Below, piece after piece: positions 7,659-16,098 of a stretch of 26,253 nt of DNA; position 1 is the first letter of the stretch; every line of letters begins with the position of its first letter. The notes under the pieces were generated by a model. It was given only the letters and a program-made list of their open reading frames with translations. It had not been told where the DNA came from and did not search any database. A program made the position numbers and the translations under genes. Source of the DNA: a virus; the IMG/VR virus record IMGVR_UViG_3300031472_000015, positions 80,574 through 106,826 of that record; one strand, written 5' to 3'.

Positions 7659-10538
7659 CTACTCGGCAGCGGAGCGGTAGCGGTCCGCCTCGACCCGAGC
7701 TTTCAGCTCCGGGCGTCGGAAGAAGATCGGGCGACCGCACCGGAGCGGGGCGGCGCCGCGGCGGAAGATGATCGCCTCGTCGGCGCGCATCCGGGTCCGC
7801 ACCTCGTCGGGCTTGATCAGTTCGCGGGCCTGCTCAGACAGGCCCTCGTTCATGCCCCTGTTCCGGGACCCGGCCACGCCGCCGCTTTGCGTGCTGCTCG
7901 ATTGCCCTTGGGTGCGGGCGAGCACGGTGTACTTGCCGGCGGTCCGAGAAACTTCCTCCGCCGTGCCGTCATCGTCCACCGCGGCGAACAGGCGCCAGGA
8001 GCACGAGTTGAACCAGGAGCCTTTGCCTTCCTTGCCCCAGGTATCCGTGAGCTGGCCCAAGGACTGCCACATGCAGAGCAGGGTGATGCCATACTTGCGC
8101 CCAGCGTCCCGCGCATCCTCCAGCACTTTGAGCTTGCCGAGGAAGTTCACCTCGTCCAGCAGGAACAGCACCCGCCCGGATAACCTACCGTCTGCCCGAT
8201 AGGCCGCGCCCAGCAGCGAGCCGACGATCACGCGCGCCACCTCCGGCGTCGCGCGCAGCGACTCCATCGGCACCTGGATGAACACCGTCAGCTTGCCGCC
8301 GGCCAGCTCACCCGTCCCGAACGAGCCATCGGACAGCATGTCGGCATACACCTTGATCGACAGCCATTGCGTGTCGGCGTTGGCGTTTGAGTAGATGCCC
8401 GAGAAGGTTTCGTGGAACACGTCCACCAACGTTCCGGCCAAGTCCCGGGCAAGCGGGCTTTCGGAGCCAACCTGGATGTCCGCCAGCAGGCCCTTCATCT
8501 TCTTCTCAGGGGTGCGGACTCGTGCGCGCAGCTCACGCAGCGTCTTTTGGCTGGCCGGCACCTTGCTGTCCCACAGCAGATCGGCCAGCAGGCACGTCAG
8601 CAACTCCTTGCCGCGCACCTTGAAGATTGAGTTTTCGCCGGCCTGGTTGGGCGGTGTCTCCCCCGCCACGCGCTCGATCACCGCTTGCACGTAGGTTTCG
8701 GCCAGGGGGTCGCGCGGGTCTATCCAGTCCAGCACGTTCACGCCGCCCAGGCCGGGGCCGATCATGACGACCTTGTGCCCCATGTCCCGGCGCATGGGCG
8801 CAGTCATCGGCCCGACCTGGCATGAGGGGTCCAGCACCACCGCAGATCCCGTCCAGTAGGCCAGGGTGGGGATCGCGACCGCCGTCGTATTGTGAGTGAC
8901 GACGTAGTTGTCTGTAACATACAGTCCATCGTCGGATGTCAGTGATATACAAATGGCCGGCTTCATTCCCACGGATTCGATTGAGACGATATTTAAGCGA
9001 TGCCGCATGATTTTCGGTTGGCAACTTTCGACTTTACGCGGGACCGAGAACAGCGACGCAATGTCTGGATGCACGATACTGACACGCCAGGACGGGCGAC
9101 CATCCTTTATGATGCCTAGGTAGGTGTAGTTGGTCTGCTGTGGGCGAATGGTTGCTATGGCACCGAGCGACCATGCCAGTTCCTGCACGTCACGCGCGAG
9201 CCTTTCGCTCGTGGTTACGAAAATGGCATAGGTTGAGCGCCCGCCTTGAACCGCCCCATCGGTATCAAGCAATCCCTGTAGCAGGGCCAGTCTTTGCGCT
9301 GCACTGCCAATTTTGTACATATCCGGCACGAATTTCTCATGCGACCGGCAGCCCCATAGGTTTAGACTTTCTAGCGACAGACGGAGCGGCGAGTGCTTGC
9401 GCAGCACCTTCATCGCTAGGGCATGATCATACGTCCCCGGATTGTTTCTGGCTCTGTAATCTGGAAGGTCGTACAGCATCCGATCAAGAATGGGCTGATC
9501 GGCGGTAGAGAGCATGACGGTGCTTCCAGACGAGAAATTCCCATCACCCAGCAGCGTTCCAAGGGCGTATGGCGGAATGGGCAGGGTTTGCTGCGGCATC
9601 TCTACCGCAAACGGCTCAACCAACGGGACAGCCAGCGCCTTCCATGCGCTCCGCTTGTTGTGGAGGCGGTCGCGTATCTTGGATAGGGAGTAAACGCACC
9701 ATCCGACGCTGCGCTTACCCCTGACGCCGCACTCTCCAGAGCTTTCCCACGTTCTCGTCCACACCTTCCACAGGTGATCGTCACAGCACTCAACCGTGCG
9801 TCCATCTTTGAACGTTACGCGCCATATCTCCTTCACCCCTTGGGGATGCACACCCGCAATACACACTGGATGGCCTCCCGGCGATTGCACCAAGTCCCTG
9901 ACACGGAGATCACCGATCTGACGAAATCCAGTAGGCGTAAGCACTTTGGCGTCCAGTGGTTGCGCCTTGTAGCCGCCGCTGCCGGCGAACACGGCGCCAT
10001 GCGTCGCGTCGGAGGTGCAGGGGTCGATCAGCAAGGGCGCCTTGCCGCCCTGGCCCCACGTCTTGGGATCGTCGGGGTTCAGGCGGACGGCAGCCACGCT
10101 GTCCTGATCGACGCGGTAAGCCTCTCCAACCACGACACCGCCATAGCCAGGTGCCGGGCCGGGGAATAGCTCACGGGCAGCCTTGATGGTCAGCCAGTCT
10201 GCGTTGCCGTGCGTGTCCGACAAGGCCCGTTGCGGTTTGGGCGGCGTCTCACCCTGGCGCGCGGCGCGCAGTGGGTGGCGGGAGGGACGGAACAGCATGA
10301 TGGCGGCCGGCAAGGCGGCGAGGATGCCGGCGCCCGCGGCGCAGATCGGCAGCCACTTAGCGACTGCCGGCAACCCGCTGTAGTCGCGCCAGTAGAAGTA
10401 GGCGGAAACCGGCGCGACCCAGGGGCTCAGGCTGTTCCAGGTGTGCAGGGCGGTGCCGAGTGCGAATGAGGTCAACGGCAGCCACAGGGCCGCGCCGATG
10501 CCGAGGGCGGCGGTGGTCGCCAGCAACCGGCGCTTCAT
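7659..10538 (-). CDS. virD4: Type IV coupling protein (Ti TraG/VirD4 type), intein-containing precursor: 959 aa, about 600 aa after splicing
   Basis: ATG at 10538 overlaps the upstream stop (ATGA). Two N-terminal hydrophobic segments, HGNADW, VVVGEAYRVD, Walker A AGSGGYK|TT split by the intein, VVLDPS, NVLDWID, Walker B LFLLDEV, GRKYGITL..WQSLGQL, RELIKPDEV. Confidence 0.93.
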   Translation of the reverse strand: MKRRLLATTAALGIGAALWLPLTSFALGTALHTWNSLSPWVAPVSAYFYWRDYSGLPAVAKWLPICAAGAGILAALPAAIMLFRPSRHPLRAARQGETPPKPQRALSDTHGNADWLTIKAARELFPGPAPGYGGVVVGEAYRVDQDSVAAVRLNPDDPKTWGQGGKAPLLIDPCTSDATHGAVFAGSGGYKAQPLDAKVLTPTGFRQIGDLRVRDLVQSPGGHPVCIAGVHPQGVKEIWRVTFKDGRTVECCDDHLWKVWTRTWESSGECGVRGKRSVGWCVYSLSKIRDRLHNKRSAWKALAVPLVEPFAVEMPQQTLPIPPYALGTLLGDGNFSSGSTVMLSTADQPILDRMLYDLPDYRARNNPGTYDHALAMKVLRKHSPLRLSLESLNLWGCRSHEKFVPDMYKIGSAAQRLALLQGLLDTDGAVQGGRSTYAIFVTTSERLARDVQELAWSLGAIATIRPQQTNYTYLGIIKDGRPSWRVSIVHPDIASLFSVPRKVESCQPKIMRHRLNIVSIESVGMKPAICISLTSDDGLYVTDNYVVTHNTTAVAIPTLAYWTGSAVVLDPSCQVGPMTAPMRRDMGHKVVMIGPGLGGVNVLDWIDPRDPLAETYVQAVIERVAGETPPNQAGENSIFKVRGKELLTCLLADLLWDSKVPASQKTLRELRARVRTPEKKMKGLLADIQVGSESPLARDLAGTLVDVFHETFSGIYSNANADTQWLSIKVYADMLSDGSFGTGELAGGKLTVFIQVPMESLRATPEVARVIVGSLLGAAYRADGRLSGRVLFLLDEVNFLGKLKVLEDARDAGRKYGITLLCMWQSLGQLTDTWGKEGKGSWFNSCSWRLFAAVDDDGTAEEVSRTAGKYTVLARTQGQSSSTQSGGVAGSRNRGMNEGLSEQARELIKPDEVRTRMRADEAIIFRRGAAPLRCGRPIFFRRPELKARVEADRYRSAAE
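8889..9965 (-). mobile_element. Class 3 intein (359 aa) with LAGLIDADG homing endonuclease, inserted in VirD4 Walker A
   Basis: Block A AQPLDAKVLTPTG (Ala1), block B VECCDDHLW, blocks C/D/E/H LGTLLGDG, KFVP, LLQGLLDTDG, SERLARDVQELAWSLG, block F PAICISL, block G YVVTHN|T. Removing it restores GSGGYK-TTAV. GC is visibly lower than in the exteins. Confidence 0.95.
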
Positions 10539-10702
10539 CGCCGGGCTCCGGGGAGGTTGGCCAAGACCCTTGAGATGCGGACGAGCGCCACCGCGGGAGC
10601 GGCCAGCCACAGCGCGAAGGCGGCGGCCATCAGGGCAGGGAGGAGGCATCCGGCATAGGCAAAAGCGAGGACGAGGAACACGACGACATAGGAGGGGCGC
10701 AT
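10535..10702 (-). CDS. Small hydrophobic membrane protein (55 aa) between virB11 and virD4
   Basis: ATG at 10702, 4 nt after the virB11 stop, with RBS AAGGA. Sequence MRPSYVVVFLVLAFAYAGCLLPALMAAAFALWLAAPAVALVR. Its stop overlaps the virD4 start (ATGA). Confidence 0.6.
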   Translation of the reverse strand: MRPSYVVVFLVLAFAYAGCLLPALMAAAFALWLAAPAVALVRISRVLANLPGARR

Positions 10703-10706
10703 AGGG

Positions 10707-11756
10707 CTATTCCTTTGCCATCGGCAGGACCTTGGCGTCGCCATACCTGTCCCTGGCCTCTGGGTCGTACAGAACCTGCTCGATATACCGGTGGCCGGTT
10801 TCAGGGTCGCGCACGCAGTGAACCACCACGTCGATGGACCGCTGGAGCGAGGCGCGCACGTCGGCGTCGTCCAGGTGCCGGCCGGACGGGTGCGACTTGA
10901 TCAGCTTGCGGATGCGGTCGCGGGCGTCGTCGGCGGTATCGGCATGGACTGTCGTCATGCCCCAATGGCCGCTGTCCAGCACGTTCATGTAGGCCAGGGC
11001 CGCCTCGTCGCGCAGCTCCTGGTTGAGCATCCCGTCCATGCCCATGCGTAGCGCAGCGGCGACCAGGTCCTCTGCATTGTGCTTGGACACGGACTGGCCA
11101 CCCTTGGAGTAGAGCAGATGGACGACGTTGTGCAGCGGCAGGCCGATCAGCTCCTGCAGGTCCTCGATGGTGACCAAGCGCATGAGCTTGGGCACCCGAT
11201 GGATGAACGCGCGCATGTTGTGGGTCTTGCCTGTCCCCATCTTACCCGACCAGACGATGTTGAGGCCGGACACGATGGCCAGCGACAAGAACGCCTCCCA
11301 CTGCTGGCCGCGGTGCAGATCAGCCAGCTCCGCCTCCCGGTTGCGCGGGCGACGGCTGCCGGATGCCCGCGCGAAGACCCCGGAGGCCGCCAAGTCGTCT
11401 GGGGTGCCAGCCTGCGCCTTGGGCCGGCGGATGGAGATGGCGATGGTCCCTTCGGGTACGGCAGGCGGACGGGCGATCTGCACGCGCTGCCCATCAGGGA
11501 GCCGGGTGCTGACCAAGGGCACGTCTTCGGCGATGTCCTGCCGGGTCAAGGCGGCGGCATTGATGGCGATGTCGTCCAGGTCATTGAACGAGAAGGGCAG
11601 GGTGATGCGCTCGACGCCCCGCCCGCGGGTGACGTAGGCGTTGTCCTCGCCGGGTCCGTTGATGTGCAGGTCGGTCATGTTCGCGTCATCGAGCAAGTGC
11701 TGCGCCGGCTGTAGCAGCCAGCGCAGGTTGGTCGCGGCGGTGATTGCCATGTCCAT
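10707..11756 (-). CDS. virB11: VirB11 traffic ATPase
   Basis: DLHINGPG, LPDGQRVQIARPPA, ISIRRP, Walker A GKMGTGKT, Asp box TIEDLQEL, ALRM..D....ELRD, His box SGHWGMTTVHA; position after virB10. Confidence 0.93.
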   Translation of the reverse strand: MDMAITAATNLRWLLQPAQHLLDDANMTDLHINGPGEDNAYVTRGRGVERITLPFSFNDLDDIAINAAALTRQDIAEDVPLVSTRLPDGQRVQIARPPAVPEGTIAISIRRPKAQAGTPDDLAASGVFARASGSRRPRNREAELADLHRGQQWEAFLSLAIVSGLNIVWSGKMGTGKTHNMRAFIHRVPKLMRLVTIEDLQELIGLPLHNVVHLLYSKGGQSVSKHNAEDLVAAALRMGMDGMLNQELRDEAALAYMNVLDSGHWGMTTVHADTADDARDRIRKLIKSHPSGRHLDDADVRASLQRSIDVVVHCVRDPETGHRYIEQVLYDPEARDRYGDAKVLPMAKE

Positions 11757-11759
11757 CGG

Positions 11760-12866
11760 TCAGTGCTTCCTGGGGCGGTTTTCATAGAAGCGGAACAGGT
11801 CGATGTACTTGTTGACCTTGACGATCAGCGGCTGGCCGGGCCCGCGGTAGAGGGTCGGCGGGATGTTGAGGTCGTGCCCAAACGCCTGGGACGCCAGCGA
11901 GGTCGCCTGACCGTTCAGGCCGCCGAGGTTGAGGTTGGTGTTGCCGTTGCCGCGTTGCGCCAGCCCGGTGGCGACGTTGCCCGATGTGTCGATCAGGCTG
12001 ACCAGCAGCGCGGCCCTGATCTTCTTCCACAGGTGGTCGTTGACATCGCCGGGCACGCCGGGAAGGCCAAGCTCGTCGGCAGCCGGGGCGTCCAGCGGAA
12101 TGGCAAGCAGGTCCGGCGCAGGTGTTAGGGCATCGGTCCAGACAAGGAACGCCCGCTCCTCGCCGGTGCCAAGCCCGCGCTCGATGGTGCCGTTCACCTG
12201 GGTTCCGCGAGGCAGCAGGATCGTGTTCCCGTCCATGCTCCACACGTTGTCATCCACCGTGCATTCGACGGGGCCGGGCAGGGCGGTGCTGATCGCGCCG
12301 TCAGGTGTGCAGCCGAAGGTCTGGCCCTTCTTGATCGTGTATTGGACGTGGAAGCGCTGGGGGACCGGCGCCGTATCGGCAAAGTGGGTGGTCTGCATCC
12401 GCTGCGCATATTCGCTGCCGCCCGGCGCTGCCACGTCGGGATCAGCCCGTGTCGGCGCTGCCTGCGCCTGCGCACGGGTTGCCGCCCGCTGCGCCGCCTC
12501 CTGCATCCCGGCGGTGTCCTCCCAGAAGCCCATGACGCGCAGGGGTGGGGTAACTGCTGCCGTGGTTGGGGGCGGGACGGTGAAGGCTGCTGCGGCCGGC
12601 GGCGGCACGATTGGATGTGCCGCGGCAGGCTCGGGCGGCGGTGCCACGCGGAACAACTGCTCGGGCATCTGCTGGCCGATTGACCACGCGGCACGGGATT
12701 GGGCGGAAGGCGTCTCTTCCCGGGGAGCCCTGGGCCACAAGACCCAGGTCAGGCCGCCGGCTGCGGCCAAGGCGCACGCGATGGCGCCCGCTGCCCGAAC
12801 GCTGCCGGGCAGGTAGGTGCGTCCCCGGGCGACAGGAGAGGCACCGGGCGACGCGAGGCCGCTCAC
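11760..12866 (-). CDS. virB10: VirB10/TrbI core-complex protein
   Basis: GTG at 12866 overlaps the virB9 stop (GTGA). TM segment, Pro-rich linker, then IKKGQTFGC...ISTALPGPVEC...VWSMDGNTILLPRGT...DELGLPGVPGDVNDH...NIPPTLY. Confidence 0.92.
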   Translation of the reverse strand: MSGLASPGASPVARGRTYLPGSVRAAGAIACALAAAGGLTWVLWPRAPREETPSAQSRAAWSIGQQMPEQLFRVAPPPEPAAAHPIVPPPAAAAFTVPPPTTAAVTPPLRVMGFWEDTAGMQEAAQRAATRAQAQAAPTRADPDVAAPGGSEYAQRMQTTHFADTAPVPQRFHVQYTIKKGQTFGCTPDGAISTALPGPVECTVDDNVWSMDGNTILLPRGTQVNGTIERGLGTGEERAFLVWTDALTPAPDLLAIPLDAPAADELGLPGVPGDVNDHLWKKIRAALLVSLIDTSGNVATGLAQRGNGNTNLNLGGLNGQATSLASQAFGHDLNIPPTLYRGPGQPLIVKVNKYIDLFRFYENRPRKH

Positions 12867-13765
12867 GGTGCGCGCACGCCGCGGACGACATCGGGCGAGC
12901 TGGTGCCGGTGCCGCCGCCCGGCTCCGTGCCGATGGGGTCGAAGCGGTTGTTGCGGAGCGCGCACACCTTGCCGCCGCGGCGCAGGCGCAGCTCCCGGTG
13001 GACGCTGGGCAGGACGACCTGCAAGCCGTTCGGCATGGTCGCGTTGACCGTGGAGACGATGGCCTCCTTGTTGTCCTGGTTGATGATGTAAACCTCCGGC
13101 AGCACCGCATGGGGCGGGAAGACCATGGTGGTCCGGTTGCCGTCGTCGGTGACGAACGAAGGGGCGAGCAGCGGACAGCCCACCGGATCGCGCTTGGAGT
13201 AGTCCTCGTTCTGGGTGGGCAGGGAGGCGGCGAAGCGGACCTTGACCGCTTGGTTGGCCGCCGCGGCTGCGGCCTGCTCCCGCCTGGCCCGCCACGCTGC
13301 GACCGCTTCCGGCGAGGGGGTTGCCTTGTAGGCGACCTGGACGGTCATGTAGGCCGCCCGATCATCGGTGCTGGCGACGTTGCCTTCCCTGGTGTGCAGC
13401 TCGAACGAGTAGTGGCGGTCGCGGCCATCGGCGGTCGCGGTGCGGACGAACAGCATCGACGGCTCCATCTGGTGCATCGGCTGGAGGATCAGCACGTTGC
13501 CCGACGAGCGCGCGAGCCAGTCCTTCGCCTCCTTCGGATCGGTGAATACCAAGGCCCCGGCGATGGTCAGCGGCTTTTCCCCGGCCTCCAGGATCAGCTC
13601 CAAAGGCGACAACCCGGTGCTGGTCAGCCGCGTGACTTGCTGGGGGTCATAAGCGACGCTGCGGACCCTGGGGTCCTTGGGGCCTGGCGCGGGATCAACG
13701 ACGGCCAGCGCAGGGACCGGGGCCAGCAAGGCAGCGGCGAGAAGCAGCGGGCGCAGGTGGGTCAT
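12863..13765 (-). CDS. virB9: VirB9/TrbG core-complex protein
   Basis: Signal peptide, DPRVRSVAYDPQQV, GNVLILQP, RHYSFEL, P..VTDDGNRT, LPEVY, LRLRRGGKVCALRN. Confidence 0.9.
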   Translation of the reverse strand: MTHLRPLLLAAALLAPVPALAVVDPAPGPKDPRVRSVAYDPQQVTRLTSTGLSPLELILEAGEKPLTIAGALVFTDPKEAKDWLARSSGNVLILQPMHQMEPSMLFVRTATADGRDRHYSFELHTREGNVASTDDRAAYMTVQVAYKATPSPEAVAAWRARREQAAAAAANQAVKVRFAASLPTQNEDYSKRDPVGCPLLAPSFVTDDGNRTTMVFPPHAVLPEVYIINQDNKEAIVSTVNATMPNGLQVVLPSVHRELRLRRGGKVCALRNNRFDPIGTEPGGGTGTSSPDVVRGVRAP

Positions 13766-14496
13766 CGGGGGGCTTCCGGATCGAGGTCTGCTTGATAGTG
13801 GGAAAAGGCGATGCCCAGCGGGTCGTAAGCCTGCTGGATGTCGGGGGGGATGACGTCCGCCGCGGCCAGCCAGGTGATGCTCGCGGTCTTGCGCAGCGTC
13901 CGGGGCGGCAGGCCGGGGGCGGTAATCTTGAGCACGAAGGCGGCAGACACGGCGTAGGGCGTTGCGGGATCGGTGCGGACCTGGATGCCGACCACATCGA
14001 CCACGGCAGCGTTCAGTCCGTCGCCGTAGAGCGCGGCGGGGTTGTCCGGGTTCTTGCGGTCAAGCATCACGGCCTGGTAGCGGGCCATCTCAGCCGACGT
14101 GCTCATGGCCGACACCCGGCGGTAGTTGCCGTTCACGCTCTCCCAGACGTAGTTCTCCCGGTCGCGCACATACTGGATGACCGTGTGCCGGAACACTGCG
14201 TCATGCAGGCTGCGGGGCAGGTCATCGCGGACCTGGGGTGCATCAAAGGTGCCGTCGTCGTGGACGATGGAGACGTAAACTCGGTCATGCACGGTCGGCC
14301 GGTTCCACATGATGGCCAAGCACGCGGCGGCGACGGTGGTCATCATGCCGGCGACGATCCAGCCCCCGCCGATGGTGACGAGGCGGCGCAGGCGGCGTTC
14401 CCGAACCAGGCCATCGACAACGGCGTAGCTCTGCTTCGCCTCCGCCAGGGCATCACCGCGCAGGGCGAAGCCCGGCTCGCTGGCGATCTGGTTCAT
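13762..14496 (-). CDS. virB8: VirB8
   Basis: ATG at 14496 (TGATG overlap with virB7). Single TM, then VIQYVRDRENY...YRRVSAMS...NP...YG and a C-terminal DPLGIAFSHYQAD equivalent to NPLGF.V..Y. Confidence 0.9.
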   Translation of the reverse strand: MNQIASEPGFALRGDALAEAKQSYAVVDGLVRERRLRRLVTIGGGWIVAGMMTTVAAACLAIMWNRPTVHDRVYVSIVHDDGTFDAPQVRDDLPRSLHDAVFRHTVIQYVRDRENYVWESVNGNYRRVSAMSTSAEMARYQAVMLDRKNPDNPAALYGDGLNAAVVDVVGIQVRTDPATPYAVSAAFVLKITAPGLPPRTLRKTASITWLAAADVIPPDIQQAYDPLGIAFSHYQADLDPEAPR

Positions 14497-14675
14497 CAGC
14501 CATGCTCCCGGCTTGCGCTGATCATGCGGCCTGGCGCGGGGCTGAGCGGACTGGTGGCCAAGCTGGGGCGGTTGGCGGGCACCCACTCGCCGGTCGGCTC
14601 GGGCACGGTCGAGTACTCGTTGGAGGAGCAGCCAGCCAAGGCGAGGATGACGGCCAGGGAGAACAGCGGACGCAT
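14496..14675 (-). CDS. virB7: VirB7 lipoprotein (59 aa)
   Basis: MRPLFSLAVILALAG-CSS lipobox and P..G.W.P.N motif; lies between virB6 and virB8. Confidence 0.85.
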   Translation of the reverse strand: MRPLFSLAVILALAGCSSNEYSTVPEPTGEWVPANRPSLATSPLSPAPGRMISASREHG

Positions 14676-14680
14676 AGGGA

Positions 14681-15727
14681 TCAGCTCCGTGTGGAGTGCG
14701 TGATGGCAGGCGGCGGTGCGGGCGGCAGCGCGGCGGGGGCTTGCGAGCCAAGCTCCGGCCTGGCCAGGGACAGGCTGAGCGGCGGGGACGGCGGGCCAGG
14801 CGCCGGGATGGACGGGGCGGACCAGCCGCCGCCGCCGCGACCGAGAAAGGACAGGGCGTAGAGGGACGGCCCTGACAGCGCGATGCCGGTGCCGATGGAG
14901 TAGGCGAGGGGCTGGACGTTCCACATCACGTAGGCGCCGGCCAGGAACCATACGGCGATGGCGAGCATGACCTGGATCGCTTCGGCAAAGACGGCGGTGT
15001 TGGTCGAGGCGGTGATGATCGCGTTGGTCGCCTGGACCATGAACCACTGGTTGCCCAGCATGACCATCTGCAAGATCACGAAACCGATGACCTGCAGGAT
15101 GACCAGTGCGATCATCTTGCCGACCGCACGCTCGAAGATCGGCCGCGTCGCATCGAAGATGGCGCACCCGATGATGGCCGGGAACACGCAGACGATGGCG
15201 GCCAGGGTCATGCGCGCGACGATGTAGACCAGGGCAAGGAACCCAAGGCCGAGGCCGCCGACGAAGCCTGTCACGATGCCGGAGATGCCGGAGATCACGC
15301 CGGTGACGCTGAACCCGATTTGCATCCAGGCGGTGCCGATGATGACCCACATCTGGTTCCAGACGTTGTCGAAGATCGCGGCGGTGCTGGCGACGCTGTT
15401 GGCGGTCGGGCCGGTGCTGCTGGAGATGGCAGCCGCAAGGGCATTGGGAATGCCGGTGAAGAATACGTCCCGGACCCAATAGTTGAACGTGGCCAGGTTG
15501 GTCGAAAGGTAAAGGACCAAGCCGACCCGCACGAGCTGGGGGACGAAATTGTTCAGCGGCGAAGCGTCGCCGTTGGCCAACTTGACGCCTTGCATCGTGT
15601 AGTAGAGCGCGGCGCACAGGGCGAGCGGGGTGGACACATAGTTGACCATCGCGCTGACGATCCCATCCATGCCGGCGGACATCGCACCGTCGAAGCGGGT
15701 CACGAAGGTGCCGATCGGCGCGAACAT
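14681..15727 (-). CDS. virB6: VirB6/TrbL polytopic membrane protein
   Basis: ATG at 15727 (TGATG overlap). Multiple TM segments, FNYWVRDVFFTGIP, PAIIGCAIFDATRPIFERAV, Pro-rich C-tail. Confidence 0.9.
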   Translation of the reverse strand: MFAPIGTFVTRFDGAMSAGMDGIVSAMVNYVSTPLALCAALYYTMQGVKLANGDASPLNNFVPQLVRVGLVLYLSTNLATFNYWVRDVFFTGIPNALAAAISSSTGPTANSVASTAAIFDNVWNQMWVIIGTAWMQIGFSVTGVISGISGIVTGFVGGLGLGFLALVYIVARMTLAAIVCVFPAIIGCAIFDATRPIFERAVGKMIALVILQVIGFVILQMVMLGNQWFMVQATNAIITASTNTAVFAEAIQVMLAIAVWFLAGAYVMWNVQPLAYSIGTGIALSGPSLYALSFLGRGGGGWSAPSIPAPGPPSPPLSLSLARPELGSQAPAALPPAPPPAITHSTRS

Positions 15728-16098
15728 CAGCCGGCCCCGACCCGGCCGTTGCTCATGAGGGACGGCACGCACCGGGCCAGAGGATCGAACGGCCTGATCT
15801 TGTCGGCGGCGATCCAGCCTGGCCGGTTGTCGAGAGTGACGACCTCGGCGTAGCCGTTGACGACATGGCGGGGCGTCTTGGCGAACACGATGTTGGACGC
15901 GGTGACCAGCGTCGCCGCATCAGGGCGCGGATCAGCCAGGATCGGCACGCCCGGCCCGTGGCGATCAGCCAGTTGTGCCTCGGGCACATTCAGGACGGTG
16001 CAGGCCACCCCATCAAGAGGATGGACGACCTGCGGCTCTGCAGCCATGGCGGATACGGCGCACAGCACGGAGGCGGCGGCCAGGGTGATCCTGGTCAT
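15727..16098 (-). CDS. Secreted SH3b-like protein (123 aa) in the virB5-virB6 (eex) slot
   Basis: ATG at 16098 overlaps the virB5 stop (ATGA). Signal peptide ending SAMA-AE. SH3b-like pattern PILADPRPDA...VNGYAEV....RPGWIAADKIRPF, with a Cys pair. It is the C-terminal part of ORF-track 15727..17664. Confidence 0.75.
   Translation of the reverse strand: MTRITLAAASVLCAVSAMAAEPQVVHPLDGVACTVLNVPEAQLADRHGPGVPILADPRPDAATLVTASNIVFAKTPRHVVNGYAEVVTLDNRPGWIAADKIRPFDPLARCVPSLMSNGRVGAG

Noticed and set aside
8889-9965. Class 2 (KlbA-type) assignment for the Ala1 intein
   Set aside because: The +1 residue is Thr rather than Cys, and the W-C-T triplet with Cys at F4 is present, which indicates class 3.
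12867-13295. N-terminal extension of VirB10 in the ORF track (511 aa)
   Set aside because: It overlaps virB9 in another frame and is Arg/Pro-rich noise. GTG at 12866 gives a coupled start.
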